Assembly: GCA_005884925.1 (NCBI GenBank)
Contig: VAYU01000031.1
Coordinates: 3,548 to 67,547 of the forward strand
Direction of reading: 5' to 3'
DNA from: Actinomycetota bacterium
GTDB lineage: Bacteria > Actinomycetota > UBA4738 > HRBIN12
Length of the DNA stretch: 64,000 bases
The position numbers and the translations under genes were made by a program. The notes under the pieces are model-generated. The model worked only from the letters and a program-made list of their open reading frames with translations. It had not been told where the DNA came from and ran no database searches. How positions within the stretch are numbered: position 1 is the first letter of the stretch; every line of letters starts with the position of its first letter. Shown here piece by piece: positions 18,309 through 29,619 of the stretch.

Positions 18309-18758
18309 TCATCGCCGCCGCGGCCCGGATGCGATCACCGCTCCCCGGAGCCCCCGGGCGGCTCGCCGCATCAGCCAGCGGAGCACCGGCGCGTACAGCC
18401 GAGCAGCCAGCTCGCCGATCGCCGGCACCCGCAGGCGGACGTCCTCGATCCAGTCGAACCGCGTGCCGCCCGCCTCGGGCGTCAGGGTCCACGTGCCCTC
18501 ACCCGCGACGACCCCCCCGTGACGCAGGACGAGCCGCCGGGGTGGATCCCAGCCGGTCACCTCCATCGCCTCCGTGAAGGGGAGCCCGAGGATCCTCGTC
18601 CGCACGGCGAGCCGGACGCCGACGCCCTCCCGGCGCGCAGACACGACCTCGACGCGATCCGCGTCGAGCATCCAATCCGCCTGGCGCTCCCACGCGAGCA
18701 GGATCGCCCACGCCTCTTCGGGCGGACACGGGAGCGACGTTCCGACCCGGACGATCAC
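18309..18758 (-). CDS. SRPBCC family protein
   Basis: PPEEAWAILLAWERQADWM, VTGWDPPRR, GTRFDWIE. Confidence 0.85.
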   Translation of the reverse strand: MIVRVGTSLPCPPEEAWAILLAWERQADWMLDADRVEVVSARREGVGVRLAVRTRILGLPFTEAMEVTGWDPPRRLVLRHGGVVAGEGTWTLTPEAGGTRFDWIEDVRLRVPAIGELAARLYAPVLRWLMRRAARGLRGAVIASGPRRR

Positions 18759-18761
18759 GGG

Positions 18762-20291
18762 TCAACGGAGCGGACCGGTCACGCCTTCGACGGCCGCGAC
18801 GAGGCTCCCGTCGTGCACGAGCTCGACCGCCGCCTCGATGTCCGGTCCGAACTCGCGGTCGTGTTCGACGAACGGGATGCGACCCCGGATCGCCTGCACC
18901 GCGGCGCGGGTCGCCGGGCCGGGCTCGAGAGGGGCGCGGAGGTCCAATGCCTGCGCGGCGGCAAGCGCCTCGAGCGCGAGCACGGTCTCGGCGTTCGCAG
19001 CGATCTCGCGCGCGTGCCGTGCGCTCGTCATCCCCATGCTGACGTGGTCCTCCTGGCCGGCGCTCGAGGGGATCGAATCGACGGATGCCGGATGGGCGAG
19101 CGACTTGCATTCGGAGACGATCGAGGCGGCCGTGTACTGGATCAGCATGAAGCCGCTGTTGAGCCCGCTCTCGGGGACCAGGAACGGCGGCAGGCCGTTG
19201 GAGGTCTTCGGGTCGAGGAGCCGGTAGAGACGCCGGTCGCTGATCGACGCGAGCGATACCAGCGACAGCGCAAGGGCATCCATCGCGACGGCGACCGGCA
19301 TCCCGTGGAAGTTGCCGCCACTGCGGACGTCGTCGTCCTCGACGAGGACGATCGGGTTGTCGCTCACGCTGTTCGCCTCGATCGCCAGCACCTCGCGGAC
19401 GTGCCGACAGGTGTCCCGGGTGGCGCCGTGCACCTGCGGGGCGCACCGCAGCGAATACGCATCCTGCACCAGGTGGGGAGACGCCCGGTGCGACTCGCGG
19501 ATCGGGGACGCGTCCAACAGGAGACGGAGGTTCGTCGCGCTCGCGGCCTGCCCCGGGTGCGGTCGGAGGCGCTGGAGGCGCTCGTCGAAGGGCGCGTCGG
19601 TCCCGAGCGACGCCTCGATCGTCATCGCGGCGATCACGTCCGCGGCTCGGGCGAGCTGCTCGGAGCGAACCAGCGCGAGGGCGCCGATCGCGAGCATCCC
19701 CTGCGTGCCGTTGACGAGCGCGAGCCCTTCCTTCGCTTGCAGCTCGAGCGGACGCAGCCCCGCTCGGCCGAGGCTCTCGGCTGCCGGCTCGGTGGCGCCG
19801 TCGCTCGTGAGCACCCGTCCGAGCCCGATCAACGGCAGGGCCAGACCGGCGAGTGGCGCGAGGTCGCCCGAGGCACCGAGGGAGCCCTGCTCCGGGACCG
19901 CCGGGACGATGTCGCGGTTCAGCATCTCGACCATCAGCTCGATCACCTCGGCGCGCACGCCCGAATGACCGAGCGCCAGGACGTGCGCGCGGAGCAGGAG
20001 CATCGCGCGCGCTTCCTCGCGCGACAGCGGTCGCCCGACCGCGGTCGCGTGGGAGGTGACGATGCCGCGCTGCAACGCCGAGCTCTGCTCGGGTGCGATC
20101 CGCGTATCGGCGAGCGCGCCGAAGCCGGTCGTGACGCCGTACATCGTGCGGCCGGCGGCGACGGCGCGCTCGACCACCTCGCGCGCGGCGCGCACGCGTT
20201 CGCGGGCGGGGCCCACGAACGCCACGTGGGCGCCGCGTGCCACCGCGACGACGTCCTCGAGCGTCAGCGGTTCCCCCACCGATACCGGCAC
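18762..20291 (-). CDS. hutH: Histidine ammonia-lyase
   Basis: YGVTTGFG, SH, GSLGASGDLAPLA (MIO), KEGLALVNGTQ, QDAYSLRC, GGNFHG, QEDHVSM. Confidence 0.95.
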   Translation of the reverse strand: MPVSVGEPLTLEDVVAVARGAHVAFVGPARERVRAAREVVERAVAAGRTMYGVTTGFGALADTRIAPEQSSALQRGIVTSHATAVGRPLSREEARAMLLLRAHVLALGHSGVRAEVIELMVEMLNRDIVPAVPEQGSLGASGDLAPLAGLALPLIGLGRVLTSDGATEPAAESLGRAGLRPLELQAKEGLALVNGTQGMLAIGALALVRSEQLARAADVIAAMTIEASLGTDAPFDERLQRLRPHPGQAASATNLRLLLDASPIRESHRASPHLVQDAYSLRCAPQVHGATRDTCRHVREVLAIEANSVSDNPIVLVEDDDVRSGGNFHGMPVAVAMDALALSLVSLASISDRRLYRLLDPKTSNGLPPFLVPESGLNSGFMLIQYTAASIVSECKSLAHPASVDSIPSSAGQEDHVSMGMTSARHAREIAANAETVLALEALAAAQALDLRAPLEPGPATRAAVQAIRGRIPFVEHDREFGPDIEAAVELVHDGSLVAAVEGVTGPLR

Positions 20292-20378
20292 GGCGGCAAG
20301 GCTACGGGCGGGGCGGCCCGCGGGCAAACCTCGCCGCTACACTCGGCCGAAGGACGACGAGGGGAAGGGGTGCCGGCG

Positions 20379-20921
20379 ATGCTCCACGGCGACCACGTCA
20401 CGCTCCGCGCGATCGAGCGCGATGACCTGCCGGTCCTGCACGAGCTGCTGGACGACGACCTCGAGCTCATCGCCCGCGCCTCCGACACGCCGGCGCGTCC
20501 CGCCTCCCTCGCCGAGCTGGAACATCGGTTCGAGGAGCGGCTCGAGGAGGCCGATCCGCGGACGATGCGCTTCGTGATCGAGGTGGACGAGGAGCTGATC
20601 GGTGAATGCGAGCTGCATTTCATCGATCACTTCCAGCGGACGTGTCACCTGGGGATCACGCTCGGACGGGCGTACTGGTCGAAGGGGTTCGGTCAGGATG
20701 CCGTGCGGGCCCTCGTCGACTTCGCGTTCCGCGACCTGGCGATGCGCAAGGTCGGCATGGAGGTCCTCGCGGACGACGAACGGGCGGTCGGTGCGTACAC
20801 GAAGGCCGGTTTCGTCGAGGAGGGGCGCCTCCGCGCCCACGCCTGGTTCGACGGCGAGATCCACGACACGCTCGTGATGGGGATCCTCCGCGAGGAATGG
20901 GCGTCCGGCCCCCACCACTAG
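20379..20921 (+). CDS. GNAT acetyltransferase (RimJ/RimL-like)
   Basis: VTLRAIERDDL, YWSKGFG, YTKAGFVEEGRLR, MGILREEW. Confidence 0.9.
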   Translation: MLHGDHVTLRAIERDDLPVLHELLDDDLELIARASDTPARPASLAELEHRFEERLEEADPRTMRFVIEVDEELIGECELHFIDHFQRTCHLGITLGRAYWSKGFGQDAVRALVDFAFRDLAMRKVGMEVLADDERAVGAYTKAGFVEEGRLRAHAWFDGEIHDTLVMGILREEWASGPHH

Positions 20922-21062
20922 GTGCTTGAGCGAGCCACCGGCGCGAAGCCCGGTGGGACAGACGGGGGATATCGAGTCCATGCCGCCCGGGCGATTGCAT
21001 GGGCCAACTCCGGTGGGTACGGTTCGCAGGTCGTGCGTAGCTTTCCCCTAGCCGAAACGGCG

Positions 21063-22235
21063 ATGTCCCGGTCATCCCAACGCATCCGCGTCCTGGTGGC
21101 CGACGACGAGCCTGCCCTGCGGGGCGCCCTCGCCGAGCTCCTCGCGCAGGAGGACCGGATCTTCTTCGTGGGAGCGGCGGCCGATGCGGACGAGGCGATC
21201 GCCCTCGCGCAGCGGGAGCAGCCAGACGTCGCGCTGCTCGACGTCAAGATGCCGGCGGGCGGCGGTCCCCGAGCCGCGAGAGAGATCCAGCGGCTATCTC
21301 CCGGGACCCGCGTGATCGCGCTCTCCGCGTTCGAGGACCGTCCGACCGTGCTCGAGATGCTCCGTGCAGGCTGTGTCGGCTACCTCGTCAAGGGGACCGC
21401 GGCCGAGGACATCTTGGGATCCATCCGACGGGTCGCGCAGGGCGGCACGAGCCTATCGGACGAGGTCGTCGGGGGCATCGTGCACGAACTCTCGTCCCAG
21501 CTCCGTCGCGAGGAGATCGAGCAGGAGCAGATCGAGGCTCGCCGCGACGAGATCCTGCGGTTCGTCGCGGGCGAGGGGATGTCCATGGCGTTCCAACCGA
21601 TCGTCAACCTCGAGGACCACGACGTGATCGGGGTCGAGGCACTGGCGCGGTTCCGGTCGTTCCCCATGCGCCGGCCCGACGAATGGTTCGCCGAAGCGAG
21701 GGCGCTCGACCTCGGTGTTCCGCTCGAGCTCTCGACGATCCGGCAGGCCGCGCTCGGGCTCCCCAAGCTGCCGCCCCGCTCCTACCTCTCGGTCAACTGC
21801 TCGCACCGCGCCGCCCGCTCCCCCGAGCTCGAGCCGATCCTCGAGCCGGTCGCCCGGCGGATGGTCGTCGAGATCACGGAGCACGAGGCGGTCGACGACT
21901 ACGATGAGCTCGCACGGTGGCTCGCACCACTCCGCGCGATGGGCGTGCGGATCGCGATCGATGATGCCGGCGCGGGGTACGCGAGCTTGCGCCACACCCT
22001 GCAGATCGCGCCCGACATCGTCAAGGTCGACATCTCGCTCACCCGCTCGATCGATGGGGACCGCGGCAAGCGCGCGCTCGCGCGGGCGCTGATCTCCTTC
22101 GCGCAGGAGATGGACATGACGATCGTCGCCGAGGGGATCGAGACCGACGCCGAGCTGCAGACGCTCCTCGAGCTGGGCGTGCGGTACGGGCAGGGCTATT
22201 TCCTGGCGCAGCCGGGCACGCTCCCCGGCAGCTGA
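21063..22235 (+). CDS. REC-EAL c-di-GMP phosphodiesterase
   Basis: Receiver VLVADD...LLDVKMP...GYLVK; EAL domain FQPIV, EALAR, SVN, VEITE, DDAGAG, KVD, AEGIE, QGY. Confidence 0.92.
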   Translation: MSRSSQRIRVLVADDEPALRGALAELLAQEDRIFFVGAAADADEAIALAQREQPDVALLDVKMPAGGGPRAAREIQRLSPGTRVIALSAFEDRPTVLEMLRAGCVGYLVKGTAAEDILGSIRRVAQGGTSLSDEVVGGIVHELSSQLRREEIEQEQIEARRDEILRFVAGEGMSMAFQPIVNLEDHDVIGVEALARFRSFPMRRPDEWFAEARALDLGVPLELSTIRQAALGLPKLPPRSYLSVNCSHRAARSPELEPILEPVARRMVVEITEHEAVDDYDELARWLAPLRAMGVRIAIDDAGAGYASLRHTLQIAPDIVKVDISLTRSIDGDRGKRALARALISFAQEMDMTIVAEGIETDAELQTLLELGVRYGQGYFLAQPGTLPGS

Positions 22236-22244
22236 CCGTCGGGG

Positions 22245-23210
<966 letters not shown>

Positions 23211-23261
23211 TCGCACATCCTCGGCAGCTCCTTGGGATCTCGGCGCGCTCGGTCCACCGAC

Positions 23262-23291
23262 GCATCGGCAGCTTACCGTCCCCACCTGGAG
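23262..23291 (-). promoter_or_regulatory. Sigma-28 (FliA/WhiG)-type promoter of the diguanylate cyclase
   Basis: Minus strand CTCCAG-N16-GCCGATGC about 50 nt upstream of the start. Confidence 0.55.
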
Positions 23292-23377
23292 GGGTCGCGC
23301 AAGCGCCGAGAGGGACGGCAGGACCGATGCCGTGGGACGATGGGTGCCTCGCAGCACGTGAAGGGATCCTCGACGAT

Positions 23378-24769
23378 ATGCAGGTGCTCGATTCGTTCCT
23401 CGATGCGATGGGCGATACCCCCCTCGTCCGCCTCCAGGCCGTGACGCGGGGACTTCGCCCCACGGTGCTCGCCAAGCTGGAGATGCTCAACCCGGGCGGG
23501 TCCGTGAAGGACCGGATCGGGATCCGGATGATCGAGGCGGCCGAGCGGGAAGGGAAGCTGCGTCCGGGCGGCACGATCGTCGAACCAACATCCGGGAACA
23601 CGGGTCACGGGTTGGCGATCGCGGCCGCGGTCAAGGGATACGACTGCATCTTCGTGATGCCGGACAAGATGAGCCAGGAGAAGATCGCGCTGCTGCGCGC
23701 GTACGGGGCGGAGGTCGTGATCTGTCCGACCGCGGTGGCGCGCGAGTCGCCCGAGTCCTATTACTCGGTGGCCGACCGGCTGGCCTCGGAGATCCCCGGC
23801 GCGTTCCAGCCGAACCAGTACTTCAACCCCGTCAACCCGCAGACGCACGAGGAGACGACCGGTCCGGAGATCTGGCGACAGACCGACGGGACGATCGACG
23901 TGTTCGTGGCCGGCGTTGGGACCGGCGGCACGATCACCGGCGTCGCGCGCTACCTCAAGCGGATGAAGCCGTCGATCACGATCGTGGGCGCCGACACGGA
24001 GGGTTCCGTCTACACGGGCGACACCCCCCGTCCGTACCTCACGGAGGGGATCGGAGAGGATTTCTGGCCCGATACCTTCGATCCCGCGCTCGTCGACCGA
24101 TGGGTGCGCGTCCCCGACCGCGAGGCGTTCCTCACCGCGCGCGCGGTGACACGCCAGGAGGGGATCCTGATCGGGGGGTCGGGCGGCTCCGCCGTCTCCG
24201 CCGCGCTCACGGTGGCACGCGATCACGACGAGGACACGACGATCGTCGTCCTGCTCCCCGACACCGGGCGGCAGTACCTCTCGAAGCTCTTCTCCGACTC
24301 ATGGATGCGCCAGTACGGCTTCCTCGAGGGACCGGAGGTGATCCGGGTCGAGCAGGTTCTCAGCGCCAAGGGCGACGACCTTCCCGCCGTGATCACCGTC
24401 CTCGCGCACGACAAGGTGCGCCAGGCGGTCGACGTGTTGCAGGCGCACAGCATCTCGCAGGCACCGGTCGTCCGAGAGGCGTCGTCCGACGTCGCACAGT
24501 TCGTCGGGTCGATCCGCGACCGCGAGCTGCTCGAGCGCGTCTTCCGTGATCCGGACGCCCTGCAGGCCGACGTCGCCTCGGTGATGGCGCCGCCGATCCC
24601 CATCGTCGAATGGGACGCGGCGGTCGACGACGCGTTCGAGGAACTCGAGCGGGCCCCGGCGGCGCTGGTGGCGAAGGCAGGGCAGGTCATGGGGATCCTG
24701 ACCAGGAGCGACCTCCTGGACTTCCTCGCGCACCGGCGGCAGGCACCCTCGCGCCAAGGCTCGATCTAG
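23378..24769 (+). CDS. cbs: Cystathionine beta-synthase with C-terminal CBS domains
   Basis: NPGGSVKDR, EPTSGNTG, GVGTGGT, EGIGEDF, PDTGRQYLSK; C-terminal CBS pair (ISQAPV, GILTRSDLL). Confidence 0.93.
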   Translation: MQVLDSFLDAMGDTPLVRLQAVTRGLRPTVLAKLEMLNPGGSVKDRIGIRMIEAAEREGKLRPGGTIVEPTSGNTGHGLAIAAAVKGYDCIFVMPDKMSQEKIALLRAYGAEVVICPTAVARESPESYYSVADRLASEIPGAFQPNQYFNPVNPQTHEETTGPEIWRQTDGTIDVFVAGVGTGGTITGVARYLKRMKPSITIVGADTEGSVYTGDTPRPYLTEGIGEDFWPDTFDPALVDRWVRVPDREAFLTARAVTRQEGILIGGSGGSAVSAALTVARDHDEDTTIVVLLPDTGRQYLSKLFSDSWMRQYGFLEGPEVIRVEQVLSAKGDDLPAVITVLAHDKVRQAVDVLQAHSISQAPVVREASSDVAQFVGSIRDRELLERVFRDPDALQADVASVMAPPIPIVEWDAAVDDAFEELERAPAALVAKAGQVMGILTRSDLLDFLAHRRQAPSRQGSI

Positions 24770-24772
24770 GTC

Positions 24773-25621
24773 GTGCTCGCGCTCGGGATCGACGTCGGCG
24801 CGCCGCGCAAGGGGATGGACGTGGTCCTGCTGGACGACGACCGGGACCCGGTGCGGATCGTCTCGAAGGTGGGGATCGACCGGCTCGGGCTCCTGGTCGG
24901 CGAGCTCGGGCCGGACGTGATCGCGATCGACGCGCCGCCCGCCTGGGCCCCGAACGGGTCGTCGCGCCTGACCGAGCGGCTGCTCGCGCAGTGCAACATC
25001 CACGCGTTCAACACCCCCTCGGCGCGGGGGGGATCCGGCCACCCGTTCTACGCGTGGATGGAGTTCGGCTTCGAGGTCTTCGCGGTGGTGGCCGCGCGGG
25101 GCTACCCGCGCTATCGCGCGGGAGCCCCGCGCGGCACCGCGATGGAGGTCTTCCCGCACGGCAGCGCGGCGGTCCTCGCCGGCTGTCTGCCGCCGAGGGG
25201 CGCGAAGAAGAAGCCGTGGCGCGAGCGGATACTGGCAGCCCAGGGCGTCCGGATCGCGGAGCTCACGACGGCCGACCGGGTCGACGCCGCCCTCTGCGCA
25301 CTGACCGGCTTGCTGGCGCTCGAAGGCAAGCGGTTCGCGCCCGGCGACCCGAAGGAGGGGGTGATCGTGCTTCCCGCCGCGTCGCTCCCCGCACGACCCT
25401 TCCGCCCGGCGCCCGCCGAGGCGCACGATGAGGCCACGCTGCCGCTGTTCCGCGAGTGCGCGTGCGGCGATCCCGCGTGCCACGAGCTCACGCGGACCGA
25501 GTTCGCGCCGGGACACGACGCCAAGCGCAAGTCGCGGCTATGGACGAGCGCCCGCACCGGCGTGCTCGCGGTCGAGGAGCTGAGGAGACGCGGATGGGTG
25601 ATCCCACCGGAGATGCGATGA
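24773..25621 (+). CDS. DUF429 family predicted RNase H-fold nuclease with C-terminal Cys/His motif
   Basis: LGIDVG, IAIDAP, EVFPH, DRVDAALCA, EGVIVLP; tail CACGDPAC...FAPGHDAK. Confidence 0.8.
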   Translation: MLALGIDVGAPRKGMDVVLLDDDRDPVRIVSKVGIDRLGLLVGELGPDVIAIDAPPAWAPNGSSRLTERLLAQCNIHAFNTPSARGGSGHPFYAWMEFGFEVFAVVAARGYPRYRAGAPRGTAMEVFPHGSAAVLAGCLPPRGAKKKPWRERILAAQGVRIAELTTADRVDAALCALTGLLALEGKRFAPGDPKEGVIVLPAASLPARPFRPAPAEAHDEATLPLFRECACGDPACHELTRTEFAPGHDAKRKSRLWTSARTGVLAVEELRRRGWVIPPEMR

Positions 25622-26742
25622 GGTTCGAGACGGCCGCGGTCCATGCGGGCCAGGACCCCGAGCCGGTGTACGGCGCGGTCAACGTCCCGATCTATCAGAC
25701 GGCGACGTACGCGCAGGACGAGGTCGGCACGCCGAAGGTGTGGGACTACGCGCGCGGCGGGAACCCGACGCGCGCGGCCTTCGAGGCGGCGCTCGCCGCC
25801 CTCGAGGGCGGCGAGCGCTGCTTCGCGTTCGCCAGCGGCATGGCCGCCGAGACGACGCTGCTCCTCACGCTCCGCCCGGGTGATCACGTGCTGCTCGCCG
25901 ACGACGTCTACGGCGGCACCTACCGGTTGCTCTCGAAGGTCCTCGGGCCGTGGGGACTCGCGTTCGACACCTGTGACATGACCGACCCCCGTTCGGTGCG
26001 AGAGGCGCTCCGCGCGGAGACCCGGGTCGTGTGGGTGGAGACGCCGTCGAACCCCTTGCTCAAGATCGTCGACCTCGCGGCGGTAGCCGAGGTCGCGTAC
26101 GCGGGCGGCGCGAAGGTCGTGGTCGACAACACCTTCGCGACCCCCGCCGCGCAACGTCCGCTCGCCCTCGGCGCCGACGTGGTCGTGCACAGCGTGACGA
26201 AGTACATCGGGGGGCACTCGGATCTGATCGGAGGCGCGCTCGTCACGAGCGACGCCGACCTGGTCGAGCCGCTCGGTTTCCTCGTGAACGCGGTCGGCGC
26301 CGTCCCGGGTCCGATGGACAGCTACCTCGCGCTCCGCGGACTGAAGACGCTCGCGATGCGGATGGAGCGGCACGCGGCGTCGGCGGGCGCGATCGCCGCG
26401 TTCCTCGACGACCACCCGAAAGTCAACCAGGTGTACTATCCCGGGCTCGCATCGCACCCCGGTCACGACGTCGCCGCGCGACAGATGTCGAATTTCGGCG
26501 GGATCGTGTCCTTCTCAGTGGGCTCGGCCGAGGAGGCCGTCGAGGTCGCGCAGCGCACCGAGCTGTTCTTCCTGGCGGAGTCGCTCGGCGGCGTCGAGTC
26601 GCTGATCGAGGTGCCGGGACCGATGACCCACGCGAGCGTCGCGGGATCGCCGATCGAGGTGCCGCCTGAACTGATCCGGCTGTCGGTCGGGGTCGAGCAC
26701 CCCGACGACCTGATCGAGGACCTGCGTCGCGCGCTCGGGTGA
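25618..26742 (+). CDS. metB: Cystathionine gamma-synthase/lyase
   Basis: VHAGQDP, YARGGNPTR, FASGMAA, ETPSNP, VDNTFATP, HSVTKYIGGHSD, AESLGGVESL. Confidence 0.92.
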   Translation: MRFETAAVHAGQDPEPVYGAVNVPIYQTATYAQDEVGTPKVWDYARGGNPTRAAFEAALAALEGGERCFAFASGMAAETTLLLTLRPGDHVLLADDVYGGTYRLLSKVLGPWGLAFDTCDMTDPRSVREALRAETRVVWVETPSNPLLKIVDLAAVAEVAYAGGAKVVVDNTFATPAAQRPLALGADVVVHSVTKYIGGHSDLIGGALVTSDADLVEPLGFLVNAVGAVPGPMDSYLALRGLKTLAMRMERHAASAGAIAAFLDDHPKVNQVYYPGLASHPGHDVAARQMSNFGGIVSFSVGSAEEAVEVAQRTELFFLAESLGGVESLIEVPGPMTHASVAGSPIEVPPELIRLSVGVEHPDDLIEDLRRALG

Positions 26743-26757
26743 AGCGGCGGAGCGCCG

Positions 26758-26922
26758 CTAGGCCTTCGCCCGTTTGAGATAGGCGATCAGCGAGGTCCCA
26801 CCGGCGGGCGTCTGCTGCTGGGTCACGGCCACGAGCTCCCAGCCATCCTCGCCGAACGAGTTCAGGATCTCGCCGGGGTTGTGCTCGAGCAGCGGCGCGA
26901 CGAAGTACTCCCACGCGGTCAT
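26758..26922 (-). CDS. DUF4177-like small protein (54 aa, below ORF-track cutoff)
   Basis: MTAWEYFVAPLLEHNPGEILNSFGEDGWELVAV...AYLKR; WEY/GWELV pattern; SD GGAG upstream. Confidence 0.85.
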   Translation of the reverse strand: MTAWEYFVAPLLEHNPGEILNSFGEDGWELVAVTQQQTPAGGTSLIAYLKRAKA

Positions 26923-27360
26923 CTACAGCTCCTCTCCCATGAGTCGAGCGCGGACGTGCCTGATGCAGATGCCCATGATGACCTCGAGGCCGCCATCCAT
27001 CGCGATGCGCGCGGCCTCCTCGCTGACGATGCCTTCCTGGAGCCACAGCACGCGGGCGCCGATCGCGACCGCCTGCCGCGCCACCTCCGGCGTCAGTTCC
27101 GCGCGGCGGAACACATCCACCACCTCGACCCCGACGTCGTTCGGGACGTCCGTGAGCGAGGCATACGCGTGTTCGCCGAGGACCTCCGTCTCGTTCGGGT
27201 TGACCGGGACGATCCGGTACGCGTGCTCCTGGAGGTACCGCGCCACCTGGTACGACGGCCGCGCGGGGTTCGAGGAGAGTCCGACGACCGCGACGTTGTG
27301 GACCGCTCCGAGCAACGCGCGGAGCTCACGGTCCTCCGGGCTCAAGACGTCGTCAGCCAT
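26923..27360 (-). CDS. CoA-binding protein (YccU-like)
   Basis: VAVVGLSSNPARPS, IVPVNP, VDVFRR, WLQEGI, GICI. Confidence 0.92.
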   Translation of the reverse strand: MADDVLSPEDRELRALLGAVHNVAVVGLSSNPARPSYQVARYLQEHAYRIVPVNPNETEVLGEHAYASLTDVPNDVGVEVVDVFRRAELTPEVARQAVAIGARVLWLQEGIVSEEAARIAMDGGLEVIMGICIRHVRARLMGEEL

Positions 27361-27929
27361 GGCGCGGTCTCCCGTGCGAGCTCGAGGAACGCGTGCAGCA
27401 TGAACCCGGTCGCGCCCCAGATCGTGGCATCCATGGTCTCGTACCACCATCCCTTCCACACGCGCCCGCCGTCGCGGTGGATCTCGCGTTCCTCTTCCAG
27501 GTCGGCGAGCGTCCCGGTCGGGACGGTGAGGACGCGCGCGATCTCGGCGCGACTCTCGTGGAGCGTCGGGAGCGAACGCACCACCGCCACGAACGGGGTC
27601 ACGAGGATGCCGGAAACGAACGTGTGGATCGGTGGGAGCGCGCCCAGCACCTCCGGGAGCGCGGGGTCGAGACCGATCTCCTCGTGCGTCTCGCGGAGCG
27701 CGGTCGCGACGAGGGCGTCGTCCCGCGGCTCCGCGAGCCCGCCCGGGAAGGACACCTCTCCCGGATGCCGGCTGAGGTGGGCCGCCCGCTCGGTGAACAG
27801 CAGCGACGGCGCGGGCTCCTCGATCAGCAACACCAGCACGGCGGCGAGCCGCTCGCCGGGGTCGGCCTCGGGCTGGGGATCCGGGTCGAGCCCTTCGCGC
27901 AGCGCCGAGCGATGATCCGTGAGCGCCAT
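27342..27929 (-). CDS. NUDIX CoA pyrophosphatase
   Basis: AAVLV, HPGEVSFPGG, TALRETHEEIGL, IWGATG. Confidence 0.92.
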   Translation of the reverse strand: MALTDHRSALREGLDPDPQPEADPGERLAAVLVLLIEEPAPSLLFTERAAHLSRHPGEVSFPGGLAEPRDDALVATALRETHEEIGLDPALPEVLGALPPIHTFVSGILVTPFVAVVRSLPTLHESRAEIARVLTVPTGTLADLEEEREIHRDGGRVWKGWWYETMDATIWGATGFMLHAFLELARETAPWLTTS

Positions 27930-28004
27930 GGGCTCATCGTAGGAGACCGCCCGGCGAACGCCGCCCCAGATGGCCGGGCCAGGACGGCTGGTAGCGTCCC
28001 CGGC

Positions 28005-29207
28005 GTGACGGAGGTCGACGATGTCCGTTCCCCCGCCGCCGATGCCGCGGCGGCCGCGGTCGATGTCGACGACCTGCTCGGCTACGCGCGTGCGCTGATC
28101 GCGGCGCCTTCGGAGAACCCCGGCGGCACCGAGGACGAAGCCGCCTCGGTGGCGGCCGACATCCTGGCGTCGCTCGGAGCGACGCCCGAGATCGTCCGGG
28201 GCGACGAGGGACGTCCGTCCGTCGTCGCCCGGTTCGGGGATCGACCGCGGCCGTCGCTCGCGTGGAACGGCCACCTCGACACCGTCCCAGCGGGATCGCC
28301 CGACGCGTGGACGACCCCGCCCTTCGACGGCGAGATCCGTGACGGGAAGCTGATCGGTCGCGGTGCGTGCGACATGAAGGGGGCGATCGCGGCCGCGCTC
28401 GCGAGCGCGGCCGCGATCGCCCGCGTCGGCGTTCCCCTGGGTGGCTCGCTCTGGTTCCACCTGGCGGCCGATGAGGAGCTCGCCGGGATCCACGGTACGA
28501 ACGTGCTCTGGGAACGCGGGATGCTCGACCAGGACGCCGCGATCGTCGGGGAGCCGACCGAGCTCCAGCTCGGCTTGGCCGAGCGGGGCGGGGCGTGGAT
28601 CACGGCGACCGCGCACGGGCGGGCCGCCCACGGCTCCCAACCCCACCGCGGCGTGAACGCGATCACGTCGATGGCGCGATTGCTGCTCCGGCTGGAGGAG
28701 GCGCTCCCGGACCTGACGCATCCCCTGATCGGCGGCCCGACCGTCAACGCCGCGCTGATCGAGGGCGGAAGCGCCCCGAACGTCGTCCCGGACCGCTGCG
28801 TGGTCGACATCGACCGGCGCCTGCTCCCCGGCGAGGACGATCCCGCAGCCGTGCTGGAGCCCTTCCGACGGCTCATCGACGAGATCCGAGCGGACCATCC
28901 AGAGGTGCGGCTCGACGTCACGATCCGGGAGTGGATCGATGCGGCCGAGGCGCCACCGGACGAACGCATCGTTCGGCTAGCGCGCGCCGCGGTCGCTGAA
29001 GCCGGCGGCGGCCCGCCGGCCGCCGTCGGCTTCAGCGGCATCACCGATGCCCGCTACTACCTCAACCAGGCCAGGATCCCCACGGTGATCCTGGGGCCTG
29101 GCTCGATCGCTGTGGCGCACACCGCTGACGAATGGGTGTCCGTGGACGAGCTCGTCGCCGCCGCCCGCGCCTACGCGCGGCTCTTCGTCGGCTTCCTCGG
29201 CGACTGA
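28005..29207 (+). CDS. M20 metallopeptidase (ArgE/DapE-like)
   Basis: NGHLDTVP, GRGACDMKG, ADEE, GEPT, AAHGS, NVVPDRC, GPGSIAVAHTADE. Confidence 0.9.
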   Translation: MTEVDDVRSPAADAAAAAVDVDDLLGYARALIAAPSENPGGTEDEAASVAADILASLGATPEIVRGDEGRPSVVARFGDRPRPSLAWNGHLDTVPAGSPDAWTTPPFDGEIRDGKLIGRGACDMKGAIAAALASAAAIARVGVPLGGSLWFHLAADEELAGIHGTNVLWERGMLDQDAAIVGEPTELQLGLAERGGAWITATAHGRAAHGSQPHRGVNAITSMARLLLRLEEALPDLTHPLIGGPTVNAALIEGGSAPNVVPDRCVVDIDRRLLPGEDDPAAVLEPFRRLIDEIRADHPEVRLDVTIREWIDAAEAPPDERIVRLARAAVAEAGGGPPAAVGFSGITDARYYLNQARIPTVILGPGSIAVAHTADEWVSVDELVAAARAYARLFVGFLGD

Positions 29208-29221
29208 GTGACCCCGGACGA

Positions 29222-29457
29222 CTACGGTCCGGACGAGGTCTCGCCGAGGATCTCCAGGAACGCGAGCGTGGAGTACCTCCCCCCGACTGCTGCGCGATCG
29301 TCGTGATCGCATCGGAGGTCCAGGTCTCGAAGTACGGCGCGTACACGTGCGCGGGGATCGGGACGGCCGCACTCGCAGCGCTCGTGCCCGAGAACGCGGG
29401 ACCGGCGAAGGCAGCGAACGCGACCAGCGCCGCCACGACGGTACGGGCTCGCTGCAT
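29222..29457 (-). pseudogene. N-terminal remnant of a secreted GH18 chitinase-like protein
   Basis: Signal peptide then PAHVYAPYFETW..IAQQSG, frameshift in a G-run, RYSTLAFL, then stop; rest of gene absent. Confidence 0.6.
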
Positions 29458-29619
29458 CGCAACGAGCTTCCCAAACTCCTCCCGGATCACGCCAACCAGA
29501 GCTCGTCACCGTCGGCCGAACGCGCTACCGCCGACGTAGCCCGGCCAACCTAGCCCGTCCAACCCTTTGACCGGCCCCTTCCGGCGGCGCAGGATGACCT
29601 GGAGCGGGCCGGTCCGGGG

